The notes below the pieces were generated by a model. The model saw only the letters and a program-made list of their open reading frames with translations. It was not told the origin of the DNA and ran no database searches. This document shows positions 1 through 8,540 of a stretch of DNA of 64,000 nt, piece after piece; positions within the stretch are counted from its first letter, which is position 1; the number at the start of each line of letters is the position of its first letter. Position numbers and translations under genes: made by a program. Source of the DNA: a virus (lineage: Duplodnaviria > Caudoviricetes); IMG/VR virus record IMGVR_UViG_3300038461_000042, positions 1,503 through 65,502 of that record, one strand, 5' to 3'.

Positions 1-213
1 CTATATATTAAATATAACGGTGGAAACTATATTGGAGCAGATAGTCGATTGGGCATGACCAGTCCTCGCACGTCTAGGGTATCGGTAACAACCATTTATG
101 ATTTGGCGGTCAATGACTATGTTGAATTGTGGGCATACATTGACGTAGCCTCGCCCTATGCAATCCATACAGCAGATTATTCCCCAAACTTTATGATGCA
201 AAGGATAGGATAG
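1..213 (+). CDS. 3' end of a tail-fibre/receptor-binding protein (C1q/TNF-like beta domain), truncated by the window edge
   Basis: Frame 1 is open from base 1 to TAG at 211-213 (…TTIYDLAVNDYVELWAY…FMMQRIG*). LAVNDYVELW is typical of C1q-like phage fibre tips. Not in the ORF track. Confidence 0.6.
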   Translation, partial: LYIKYNGGNYIGADSRLGMTSPRTSRVSVTTIYDLAVNDYVELWAYIDVASPYAIHTADYSPNFMMQRIG

Positions 214-215
214 CC

Positions 216-1175
216 ATGGCACAAACAAAAATGCCCACAAAGCAACTCCCGGTAGTGACAAGCATTGGAACTCCTGGCTTAGACACTAATATACCCTCTG
301 AAAAGGCCGTTAGAACCGCCATTTCAAACATTACTGGCAGTTCTTCTACCGGAACGTCTGGGGCGGGAACGGGATTTATCTATCCCGCCTGTGGGCGACT
401 TACTCTGACATCTGTGACTCCAGTTACTACCTCGGACGTAACCGGAGCGACAACCCTATATTACACACCCTATACCGGAGACCAGATAGCCCTCTACAAT
501 GGCGCAACTTGGGATTTAATTACCTTCCCGGAAATAAGTATAGCCATTCCCTCTGGAACATCGCAGATGTATGATGTATTTATCTATAATAATGGTGGTA
601 CGGCAACGCTTGAATTATTGGCATGGACAAGCGATACCGCTAGAGCAACTGCCCTTGTTTTACAAAATGGGATTTTATGCAAAACTGGAGCATTGACCAG
701 ACGCTACGTTGGTTCTGTAAGAACCACAACGGTAAGTGGTCAAACCGAGGATAGTATAGTAAATAGGTTCTTGTGGAATTACTATAATCGCGTCCCGCGC
801 CTTTTACAAAAAAGCGAAGCCACGAACCATACCTACGCAACGGTTGCATATAGATATTGGAACAACGATACTACGCAGCATGTTAACTACATTTGCGGTG
901 TCGTAGAGGAATTGAGTGTATATAATTTATACGCTTTAGTTAACTCCAGCAATACATCTTATCTTAGTAGGGTCACTGTTGGCGAGGATAAGTCCAATGG
1001 TTCTTCATATTGTCTACTTGCCACTTTTGTAACCCAACTTGGGCCTCAAGGTATGGCTCAAAAGGCATACCCGCTTCTTGGGTATCATTATCTGGCAATG
1101 TTGGAATATGTCAATAATGTCGGAAATACGGGCGTATTCAACCAGTATTTCTTTACTGGAGAAATCAAAGGATAG
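216..1175 (+). CDS. Tail fibre / minor tail protein
   Basis: 319 aa, Thr/Gly/Ser-rich, with CGRLTLTSVTPV and RRYVGSVRT…RFLWNYYNRVPR blocks seen in phage tail proteins; lies just before the lysis genes. Confidence 0.6.
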   Translation: MAQTKMPTKQLPVVTSIGTPGLDTNIPSEKAVRTAISNITGSSSTGTSGAGTGFIYPACGRLTLTSVTPVTTSDVTGATTLYYTPYTGDQIALYNGATWDLITFPEISIAIPSGTSQMYDVFIYNNGGTATLELLAWTSDTARATALVLQNGILCKTGALTRRYVGSVRTTTVSGQTEDSIVNRFLWNYYNRVPRLLQKSEATNHTYATVAYRYWNNDTTQHVNYICGVVEELSVYNLYALVNSSNTSYLSRVTVGEDKSNGSSYCLLATFVTQLGPQGMAQKAYPLLGYHYLAMLEYVNNVGNTGVFNQYFFTGEIKG

Positions 1176-1202
1176 GCAGTATAATCAAGCAAGGAGCATA
1201 AT

Positions 1203-2042
1203 ATGCCACTACCTCAGTTCAAATACGGCTTACTTCCGCCCAAGAGAGCACCTGCTCTACAATTCAAAAGCATTCTAAAAGCAGTCCCCGACCATCCACT
1301 GACCGAGGACTATCTAAAAGAGTTAACGGATTGGAGGATGCTTGGGAACGACCAACACTCCAATTGCGCAGCCGTGTTTTGGGCAAACATGCGCCGGATG
1401 ATGTCTGCTCTTTTGGGTGACAAAGAATATTATCCCACCCAAGAACAAGTCTACGCACTTTACAAGACACAGAATCCCGACTTCCCCGAGCAAGATGATG
1501 GAATGGATTTACAAACGATGTTTGAGTATCTTCATCACAGCGGGGGGCCGGATGGGGTCAAACTTCTGGCATTCGCGGAAGTGGATACCTCCAATCGGAA
1601 TGAGGTGGATGCTGCTTTAGCAATCTTTGGCGGTCTAGGTATGGGAATTCAGGTACAAGGAGCCAACCAGATTGATTTTGCCAATGGAGTTCCTTGGGAT
1701 TACCACCCCGGCCAATCCATCGAAGGCGGACACGCTGTTCTCGGAGGTGGATATTATAACCAACCACAGAATGACATCAGGTTTATCACATGGGCCAAAG
1801 AAACGGGCATGACCGATGCTTATTGGGATAACTTAGTAAATTGCCCACAGGGGCAATGTTGGATTTGCATCTGGCCGGAAAACATTGGAACGAAACAGTT
1901 TATCCAAGGCATTGACATGGATGCTTTGAGGACGGATTATGAGGTTTTGACAAACCGCCCTTTCCCCGCCGTCGCCCCAAGCGATAATCCCGGTTGTTCG
2001 GCTTGGCTGGCGATGTTACTCAAGAATGGAATGAAGGCATGA
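1203..2042 (+). CDS. Papain-like cysteine peptidase, putative lysis protein
   Basis: GNDQHSNC (Cys), GGHAVLGGGY (His) and ITW motifs in C1/CA-clan spacing; AGGAG RBS; located in the lysis module. Confidence 0.6.
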   Translation: MPLPQFKYGLLPPKRAPALQFKSILKAVPDHPLTEDYLKELTDWRMLGNDQHSNCAAVFWANMRRMMSALLGDKEYYPTQEQVYALYKTQNPDFPEQDDGMDLQTMFEYLHHSGGPDGVKLLAFAEVDTSNRNEVDAALAIFGGLGMGIQVQGANQIDFANGVPWDYHPGQSIEGGHAVLGGGYYNQPQNDIRFITWAKETGMTDAYWDNLVNCPQGQCWICIWPENIGTKQFIQGIDMDALRTDYEVLTNRPFPAVAPSDNPGCSAWLAMLLKNGMKA

Positions 2043-3058
2043 GAATCACCGACCCCGTTCTGGTTCCCGATGTTTCCTTTTATTGTGACCACATCCACGC
2101 CAAAGAGTTTGAGGATGGTGGATGCCAGTCTGTCATCGTGGGGCTTTATTCAATCACACAAAACGGGAAACAGGTTCTTAATCCAATCTGCCGGGCGCAA
2201 TGCCAGGAAGTTGCAAAGACTTCAATGGTATTACAGACTTACGCGTGGGATGATATTACCCTCGATCCAGTTGCTCAGGCAAATTGGGTGGCAGACACCA
2301 TTGAAATTGAAGGGCTGCCGATTAAGTGGGTTTGGGCAGACGACGAACAATGGTGGCTATCGTGGACGGCATACTATAATTGGCGCGGCAATCCGGCGAA
2401 ATATCCATTGAGTACCGTACCAAAAGGACTGCCACAGAATATCAGTATGCACATGCTGGCATTTACACAGACCCTACGCGCCCGCTTCCCCGCCTCCGGT
2501 GTGTACACAAACAATGGTTTCGTTGCATCCTGGGCGCAACCGATGAACTCGTGGCTTCCACTTTACAAGCAATGGGTTCCTGAATATGCGCGCGAGCCGA
2601 ATGTTATTACTTCAATGACCTGGGCGCAATTACAGGCGGGGTGGATGCCAAACTATGAGATTGCTCTTGCCGCTGGACAACTTCCTGGACAAGTTTGTGG
2701 ACATCAATTTACGGGGGACGTAATAAAACTTCCGGGCGCGTATGACCAATATTGCAATGAACAAGTACTAGACGTATCGGTCTTTTCAAAAGCGTTTGTA
2801 GATGGACTTCGCGGAGGCGTTCCAGTACCCCCTACACCCGCTCCCACGCCCCCACAGCCGCTTTATCCTGCCTATACTGCCATTTATCCCCTAAATGTGC
2901 GTTCCGGGGCTTCCCAGACCTCCCCATCGCTCGGGGTGATGCCCGCAGGAACAAAGGTTTTCATTGACACAGTTACCAATAATTACTCACATTTTCAACC
3001 GACACAAACATTCCAACAAGGCGGCTGGCTATGGAGTGCTTATCTTAAGAAGGTGTGA
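2039..3058 (+). CDS. Endolysin: GH25-like muramidase, Pro-rich linker, SH3b cell-wall-binding domain
   Basis: N-terminal PDVSFY, WADDE, GVYT and HQFT motifs of the GH25 fold; PPTPAPTPP linker; LNVRSG…GWLWSAYL SH3b domain. ATG at 2039 overlaps the upstream stop (ATGA). Confidence 0.75.
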   Translation: MRITDPVLVPDVSFYCDHIHAKEFEDGGCQSVIVGLYSITQNGKQVLNPICRAQCQEVAKTSMVLQTYAWDDITLDPVAQANWVADTIEIEGLPIKWVWADDEQWWLSWTAYYNWRGNPAKYPLSTVPKGLPQNISMHMLAFTQTLRARFPASGVYTNNGFVASWAQPMNSWLPLYKQWVPEYAREPNVITSMTWAQLQAGWMPNYEIALAAGQLPGQVCGHQFTGDVIKLPGAYDQYCNEQVLDVSVFSKAFVDGLRGGVPVPPTPAPTPPQPLYPAYTAIYPLNVRSGASQTSPSLGVMPAGTKVFIDTVTNNYSHFQPTQTFQQGGWLWSAYLKKV

Positions 3059-3059
3059 A

Positions 3060-3395
3060 ATGGACCCCACCCTACAAACTGTTCTTACAATCTTCACGCC
3101 ACTCTTGACCGTCATTGTCGCCGGGATAAGTTATGTGGTTGGACAGGCTATGTCGCGCTGGCAGGCGCGCGAGCAAGTCAAGACCATGCAGGCAAACAGT
3201 AAGCTGGCGGTTCAGGCGGTCGAGCAACTCGCCGCCGGACAACCCAATGAAGTCAAGGCAAAAATGGCATTGCAGATTGCCCAACAGTTGAACCAACAAG
3301 CCAAGATTGCCATACCGGATACGACCGTCGCGCCGATGAATGAGGCGCATGTATTGACCCTACCACCTGCCGCCGACGGCGAACCCAAAGGATAG
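3060..3395 (+). CDS. Holin-like protein (one N-terminal TM plus VQAVEQ helix)
   Basis: ATG at 3060 after AAGGTG; hydrophobic N-terminus and LL-H-holin-like AVQAVEQL; follows the endolysin. Confidence 0.6.
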   Translation: MDPTLQTVLTIFTPLLTVIVAGISYVVGQAMSRWQAREQVKTMQANSKLAVQAVEQLAAGQPNEVKAKMALQIAQQLNQQAKIAIPDTTVAPMNEAHVLTLPPAADGEPKG

Positions 3396-3398
3396 CCC

Positions 3399-3686
3399 AT
3401 GGACATTGATAACTTTTACCTGATAGTTGGTGCACTCGGTGCGCTGGTTGGTAGTGTTTATCTGGCCTACGCCGCGGTAAAGTTCCCGTGTTTATGGAGG
3501 TCGGCGCGCGGTGTCTATCTTTTGGCTGGATTGCTTGACCTCTACCTGGTTATAATTTACGGCCTGACGTTACTGGGAACATTGGGGATACCCGGATACG
3601 GCGCGTATGTGCGCCCGGTACTGCTACCCATTGTCATGTCCCCGGCAGCCATAGCCTATATCAACAGACGGATGAGGTCCAAATGA
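3399..3686 (+). CDS. Small three-TM membrane protein (lysis module)
   Basis: 95 aa with three hydrophobic segments and a basic C-terminus. Confidence 0.55.
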   Translation: MDIDNFYLIVGALGALVGSVYLAYAAVKFPCLWRSARGVYLLAGLLDLYLVIIYGLTLLGTLGIPGYGAYVRPVLLPIVMSPAAIAYINRRMRSK

Positions 3687-4036
3687 ATGTTGCGCTTCAG
3701 TGGCTTCCAACGATAATTGCCATAGGGGTTTTTGTTTTGTCTGCTCTCAAAACCCCCAAAGAAAATGCCAGCCTGAACGGTGGCACAGTCAAGAGTTACG
3801 CCGAGGCCGCAAAGATGGCAGGAGAAGATGCGCGCGCCGCCCGACAAGAAGCCAATGAAACAAAACAAAAAATGTTTGAAATGGAAAGACGATTAACCGT
3901 TGTTGAGCGCAAAAAGTTTAGATGCGTAATTGACTTTGAGATAGGCGACCCACCTACGGTCGGTGAAGTAAAAGTTGAGCCGATACTTCCTCCAGACATG
4001 AAAAAAACAGCGCCCATAAAGAAAGGCAGAAAATGA
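3683..4036 (+). CDS. Membrane-anchored coiled-coil protein (lysis module)
   Basis: N-terminal TM then coiled coil; ATGA overlap with the previous gene. Confidence 0.55.
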   Translation: MNVALQWLPTIIAIGVFVLSALKTPKENASLNGGTVKSYAEAAKMAGEDARAARQEANETKQKMFEMERRLTVVERKKFRCVIDFEIGDPPTVGEVKVEPILPPDMKKTAPIKKGRK

Positions 4037-4182
4037 AAACAATGATTCGCAATTTATTCTCAGACATATTTGGGGATGGGTATATAGAGGGACTTGTCAG
4101 AATTGTGTGTATAACAGGACTGTTGTGTCTGGAAGTTCTGTTTATTTATGGCATTATTACATTTATTGTCGCAATTCGATAG
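4033..4182 (+). CDS. Small membrane peptide (49 aa)
   Basis: ATGA overlap at 4033; MKTMIRNL…GIITFIVAIR*; below the ORF-track size cutoff. Confidence 0.45.
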   Translation: MKTMIRNLFSDIFGDGYIEGLVRIVCITGLLCLEVLFIYGIITFIVAIR

Positions 4183-4241
4183 TATAATAGAAGTTACTAC
4201 ACAACTCGGATTCTTGTTCACAGAAAGGAAAGGAATATCAA

Positions 4242-4544
4242 ATGAATCTTACGACTTTCTTAACCTGGCTTTTTGCAAGCGGAGGCTGTATTATCGCGGC
4301 TTCCTGGGTGCTTGGGCAATTCAAGGGATATGTCGCCCTCGCAGACAATGTGAAGAATTGGATTTTCTTCGCGGTGGCGGCGGTATTCGGGGGCGGAGGC
4401 TACGCCCTGATAACCTACCTGCCCGCGAGTGTTGTCAACGCCGTGGAACCATACTTTCTAATCGTGGCCGGTGTATTCGCTTATGTGTTCATCAACAAGG
4501 CATACACAAAGTTGGTCAATCTGGTGGAGGAGTTGAAGAAATAG
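4242..4544 (+). CDS. Holin-like three-TM protein
   Basis: GAAAGGAAGG RBS; three TM segments; charged C-terminus. Confidence 0.6.
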   Translation: MNLTTFLTWLFASGGCIIAASWVLGQFKGYVALADNVKNWIFFAVAAVFGGGGYALITYLPASVVNAVEPYFLIVAGVFAYVFINKAYTKLVNLVEELKK

Positions 4545-4623
4545 ACATATCTGGCAGGATAATCGAATAAATTACGCGAGGCCGTGGCGATAAGTCACGG
4601 TCTCTGCTTGAGTAGGAGGAAAC

Positions 4624-5664
4624 ATGCCCGCGACTGGACATTTCTGGAGTACCCGCGAAAAGACCGAATTACTTGCCGCCTTCAAAGAAGTACCACCCCA
4701 TATCACACAGGGCGAGTTTTGCAGACACTACGCCAAAAAATTGTGCATCACTCCCAACGCTGTCAGAATACAACTCCGAACACTTATGTTTGAAATAGGC
4801 GGCATTATTAGGGAAAGTCCCTACCCGAGATATGACGAGCCATTGGTGATGGAGGGCGACGCGATAGTTTTTCCAGATATTGAAATGCCATTCCATCATG
4901 CAGAATTTATCAACCAGTGTTTGAAATTGGCAAAGGCTTGGGGCATAAGACAATGTATCATTGCTGGAGACTTGCTTCATTTCGATAGCCTTTCGGGATG
5001 GGAGCCGAATTGGAAAAATACAGATGAGGGCGAGATTACGCCAAAGACAGAAGAGGCGTTGGTGGAATTTGCCAAAACTTTGGGTAGCAGACAACAAGCC
5101 GCGTTATTCGGGATTATCGGGGAAATGGGGAAAAAAGATGAACAAGACGGAATGTCCACTGAATTAAAAATAGCCAGAGAGGAAATAAAGAAATTTGAGA
5201 AATGCTTTGATAAGATTGATATGGCCTTGGGGAATCATGAAGGGCGATTGCTCCGGGCATTACAAACCACCCTGAATCCCGAAGAAATAACTACGCTTCT
5301 AAAAACCGGGGAACATTGGCGGATTGCCCCGTTCTATTATTCCTACTTGATAAGCAATGGGGAAAAGTGGTGTATTGACCATCCCAAGAGCGCGGCGGCT
5401 TCAACGGCGGCGGTTCTCGCAAGCAAGTACGAATGCCATGTCCTGATGGCCCACAGCCACCACTTTGGAATAACCACCGACATATCGGGGAAATATTATG
5501 CGGCGGAAATTGGCTGTTGTGTGGACGAGGATAGATTACCTTATGCTGCCCAAAGGCACACGCGGTCGGCGGCGCACTCGCTCGGGGCGGCAATAATTCG
5601 GGGCGGGTATCCATGGGTGCTAACAAAATTCACGGATTGGGACAGTCTCTTGAAAATATCGTAG
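4624..5664 (+). CDS. Calcineurin-like metallophosphoesterase with N-terminal HTH
   Basis: Motifs DIE-PFH, GDLLHFD, GNHE, DH and AHSH; AGGAGG RBS. Confidence 0.85.
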   Translation: MPATGHFWSTREKTELLAAFKEVPPHITQGEFCRHYAKKLCITPNAVRIQLRTLMFEIGGIIRESPYPRYDEPLVMEGDAIVFPDIEMPFHHAEFINQCLKLAKAWGIRQCIIAGDLLHFDSLSGWEPNWKNTDEGEITPKTEEALVEFAKTLGSRQQAALFGIIGEMGKKDEQDGMSTELKIAREEIKKFEKCFDKIDMALGNHEGRLLRALQTTLNPEEITTLLKTGEHWRIAPFYYSYLISNGEKWCIDHPKSAAASTAAVLASKYECHVLMAHSHHFGITTDISGKYYAAEIGCCVDEDRLPYAAQRHTRSAAHSLGAAIIRGGYPWVLTKFTDWDSLLKIS

Positions 5665-5929
5665 AGAGAAACTTGTATCTAATCTATGAGCTATAAGTAG
5701 GTTTGTGGCTCACTTTTGATGAAATATGAGCTATAGGCCGTAAAAATTCAGACCTTTAGCAGATAGTATAGAATTAACTGTTAATCTTCACGGGTACAGT
5801 GTATTCTATACACAGATAATTACTCAATAAGAGATTATCGCAGTACGAAATACACAGAATTGCTTAAAAGTACAATTCATTCATCCCAAATTGTCTTTTT
5901 GATGCAAAATGTGCAATTCAGATAACATG

Positions 5930-5958
5930 AGAACCAGGCGGAGGAGTCGCCTGGTTCT
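5930..5958 (-). terminator. GC-rich hairpin ending the leftward ncRNA/operon (possibly bidirectional)
   Basis: AGAACCAGGCG-gaggagt-CGCCTGGTTCT, an 11-bp perfect stem between convergent units; the U-tract is weak. Confidence 0.55.
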
Positions 5959-5960
5959 GC

Positions 5961-6299
5961 ATTTGCCCTCACACTCAGACGCGATATGGGCGAGGGGGGC
6001 GACCGATGGGGACTGGCTGGTTACTCGTGCAATGTTTCGCCAGCATTTCGTGGGACGATTGGCACGTACGCTTTGGCCCGATCTGGCCGCAGTCCCTTGG
6101 GTGGAGTGTTCTGGGTGTACCCAGCCTCAGACACCCACTGGACGGCATCGGCGCAGACGCTTGGCGACTGGCCTTATCCGTCCAAACGCACAACGTGGTA
6201 GGTGGCTCGCCTACGAACACCCTGCGCCGGATGACGCGTCATCCCGGAACGGTGCACTCTCGCAAGAACTGCCCTCGGGCGTTTCCCACGGTGGCAAAT
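5961..6299 (-). ncRNA. Candidate ~340-nt highly structured non-coding RNA with pseudoknots; family not recognised
   Basis: GC-rich island with no credible ORF and about ten complementary stems, two pairs of them crossing. G-U pairs and a GNRA loop work only on the minus strand. Upstream TGnTAAAAT, downstream hairpin. Confidence 0.6.
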
Positions 6300-6301
6300 C
6301 T

Positions 6302-6310
6302 ATTTTACCA
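6302..6310 (-). promoter_or_regulatory. Extended -10 promoter (TGGTAAAAT) for the ncRNA candidate
   Basis: The minus strand reads TG-G-TAAAAT; predicted start near 6295. Confidence 0.45.
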
Positions 6311-6335
6311 CGAATTACCGAGGCGTATCGTACTT

Positions 6336-6524
6336 TCACGCCTTATTGGTGAGGGCTTCTGTCATGGCTTCTGTCAATATTTCCGGTTCGGCGGGACGTT
6401 GCATGATAAGATACTCATCATTCATTGCGGCGATTGTCCAGCCATCCTCTGCCCACGGCTTTAACCAGGCTTCTAGTTCTTCGGGTGACATGAAATAATC
6501 AAGATTCTTTACGCGGTATTCCAT
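6336..6524 (-). CDS. Hypothetical acidic protein
   Basis: 62 aa; AGGTG RBS; last gene of the leftward operon. Confidence 0.55.
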   Translation of the reverse strand: MEYRVKNLDYFMSPEELEAWLKPWAEDGWTIAAMNDEYLIMQRPAEPEILTEAMTEALTNKA

Positions 6525-6525
6525 T

Positions 6526-6765
6526 TCACACCTGTCTTTCTACGCGCTTCATAATGCGCTCGAATTGCTTCTTTGGATACAGTTTCTTACACAGGCATCT
6601 TGAGAAGCCGATAACCGGGTCGAAAGTATCTTCGATGCTGCACGTGGATTTCGTACGCGTCCCGTCATTCCACAGGACAACGGTGGTTTGGCCGCGGGTT
6701 ATGACCTTGCGGGGATAAGGAATTAATCCATCCACTATTACAGTGACTTCTAAATCTGTATCCAT
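6526..6765 (-). CDS. Conserved phage hypothetical protein
   Basis: TVVLWNDGTRT…C…DTFDPVIG…CLCKK pattern common in phages; GAAAGGATAAAA RBS. Confidence 0.65.
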   Translation of the reverse strand: MDTDLEVTVIVDGLIPYPRKVITRGQTTVVLWNDGTRTKSTCSIEDTFDPVIGFSRCLCKKLYPKKQFERIMKRVERQV

Positions 6766-6781
6766 ATTTTTATCCTTTCTG

Positions 6782-7207
6782 CTATAACAGCATTTCCGTT
6801 ACCGGAACATAAAAATGGTTGGAGATAAACCTCACCCTCCCGCTCTTTCTTACCACACTGGCAACCGAGTACCATCCGTGCCTGCTTAATCCCAATTCAT
6901 GCTGGACTTCAACCGGAGTAACCTTCCCGCGCTGTTGGATATATTCAATCGCTTTCAATGCCAGTTCTTTCTTGGTCTCAAATTCAGACTTCTTTCCATG
7001 CCCGGCACGGACGCGATAGGATTCGGCCAGTATCTTTAATCCAGCCTTCTCACACTCTAAGGCAGTTTGCAAGAGGATGGTTTCGTCCGAGGTTGAATTA
7101 GCCTCATCGAGAAGAGGCCTCAGGCGCACAATGGCATCAATGCGCGGGGAGGTCTTACGGTCAAAGCGCGGTAAACCTTCATAGGGTACAAGTACATCAA
7201 TGGTCAT
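6782..7207 (-). CDS. Hypothetical protein with C-terminal winged-HTH
   Basis: Likely start at MTIDV; ALKAIEYIQQRGKVTPVEVQHELGLS looks like a wHTH. Confidence 0.5.
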   Translation of the reverse strand: MTIDVLVPYEGLPRFDRKTSPRIDAIVRLRPLLDEANSTSDETILLQTALECEKAGLKILAESYRVRAGHGKKSEFETKKELALKAIEYIQQRGKVTPVEVQHELGLSRHGWYSVASVVRKSGRVRFISNHFYVPVTEMLL

Positions 7208-7445
7208 AGAACCTCCTCCATCCAGCGCGCAAGCCTGCACAGCCAATTCGGGCAGACTTCATAATCGGCATTATGGGATTTCCTGCCATGCCAATTGAAA
7301 ATGGGAGCGATAATGCGATACCCCCACCAGCGCGGGTCGTGGTATTCTTTCATTCTTCCTCCATTCTTCTCTCTTCCGCATATCGCGCTCAGCACACAGG
7401 CAACCACCAGCGCAACCACTAGGACGGGCCAATCCCAGGTGGGGG

Positions 7446-7829
7446 TCATAATTGGACTTTCTTCGGATAACCGCGTGGTGGGAAACGGTCAATATCCCAC
7501 GCCCGGTCGGGTTGCTCTAATTCATCTTCTAAGTGGAATGATGGTTCATCGTCAAGCGGCGGCGGAGGCCATGACCGATGCACGTTCTTTTCTTGCTTGG
7601 CAATAAGGGCGTTTACCACTTGTGACGGAGTAAATCCCATCCGACAAGCACCATCGAAGGCCAATAAAATAATGTCTATCCATTCAGTGACATCCTTGGG
7701 GTTTTGTCGCACTTCCTCAATTTCTTTTTCGATATGCTTCAAAACTCCAATATGACGCTCAGAAATACCAAAGGTCTTATATGACCATTCCATTTTTGCC
7801 TGCAACCAATCGACCAATTCTTTCATCAT
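7446..7829 (-). CDS. DUF550-family dATP/dGTP pyrophosphohydrolase
   Basis: HIEKEIEEV…EWIDIILLAFDG…AKQEKNVHRSWP MazG-like signature. Confidence 0.8.
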   Translation of the reverse strand: MMKELVDWLQAKMEWSYKTFGISERHIGVLKHIEKEIEEVRQNPKDVTEWIDIILLAFDGACRMGFTPSQVVNALIAKQEKNVHRSWPPPPLDDEPSFHLEDELEQPDRAWDIDRFPPRGYPKKVQL

Positions 7830-8044
7830 TTCGCCTCCAACTTTGCTAAATCAGCATCTATTACTTGCCAGAAATCCGACCTCAATCCATAAGGCCAAGT
7901 TTTAGCTTGTTCTTGTTCATGCGCCACGATAGGCCACAAGGCAAATGTCTGATAAACCGCCAATGTATGACATTTCGGACACAGGCGATAATTCTGTGTT
8001 GCCCCGTCACACTTTAGGCACCACCAAAGGCCAATCATGTTCAT
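7826..8044 (-). CDS. Small Zn-ribbon protein
   Basis: CLKC…CPKC; GGAGG RBS before MNMIG. Confidence 0.5.
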   Translation of the reverse strand: MNMIGLWWCLKCDGATQNYRLCPKCHTLAVYQTFALWPIVAHEQEQAKTWPYGLRSDFWQVIDADLAKLEAK

Positions 8045-8382
8045 TTCGCCTCCAGGAACTTGCGGGCAGCAATAATTTCTTTCATGCCTTCGACATCCCA
8101 CTGTCCGTTGTCACCGCTTTCTTCCAATTCGATAATCCATTTCATCAATTTATTAATGACCTTTTCCGCCTCTGCCAGCTTGGACTTGAGGGCGACAAGT
8201 TCGGAACTGGCGTTGTTTAGAGAATTGTCAATCTTTTCTAAAACTCCATCCACTATCAGTTCATCACCCATCCACATATTTGTTTTATCGGTTCGACAAA
8301 TACTATAATCTCCCTCCTCAGACAGTAAATGTTTTAATTCTTTTATATTCTCAATCAATTCTTCAATCGCTTTTGTATCCAT
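8041..8382 (-). CDS. Hypothetical coiled-coil protein
   Basis: Start at MDTK after GAGGTG; ATGA-type coupling with the next gene. Confidence 0.55.
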   Translation of the reverse strand: MDTKAIEELIENIKELKHLLSEEGDYSICRTDKTNMWMGDELIVDGVLEKIDNSLNNASSELVALKSKLAEAEKVINKLMKWIIELEESGDNGQWDVEGMKEIIAARKFLEAK

Positions 8383-8392
8383 TCTCACCTCT

Positions 8393-8530
8393 CTAACGCA
8401 CAGCATATTTGACTATCTTCCCGCAATCCAAACAGCGGTAGACCTCGAATATCCCATCGTCTTTGATAAATGAATATTCGGTATCGCAATGACAGATTTC
8501 ACAAAATAGCCAGATAATCAGTTTACTCAT
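8393..8530 (-). CDS. Small Zn-ribbon protein (45 aa)
   Basis: MSKLIIWLFCEICHC…RCLDCGK…*; GGAG RBS; below the track cutoff. Confidence 0.5.
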   Translation of the reverse strand: MSKLIIWLFCEICHCDTEYSFIKDDGIFEVYRCLDCGKIVKYAVR

Positions 8531-8540
8531 TTTTTATCTC

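Noticed and set aside
5961-6299. tmRNA, RNase P or group I intron identity
   Set aside because: There are no tRNA-like ends and no GAGGAAAGUC. GGGACUG/CAGUCCC and AUGCUGG…AACCAGC resemble group I P7 and P4, but their order and joining segments do not fit and no gene is interrupted. A covariance search is still needed.
5909-6464. ORFs across the GC-rich island
   Set aside because: Several overlapping frames lack an RBS or protein-like composition; RNA structure explains the region better.
7446-7829. Z-base (2-aminoadenine) genome implied by DUF550
   Set aside because: No PurZ or phage DNA polymerase is present in the window.
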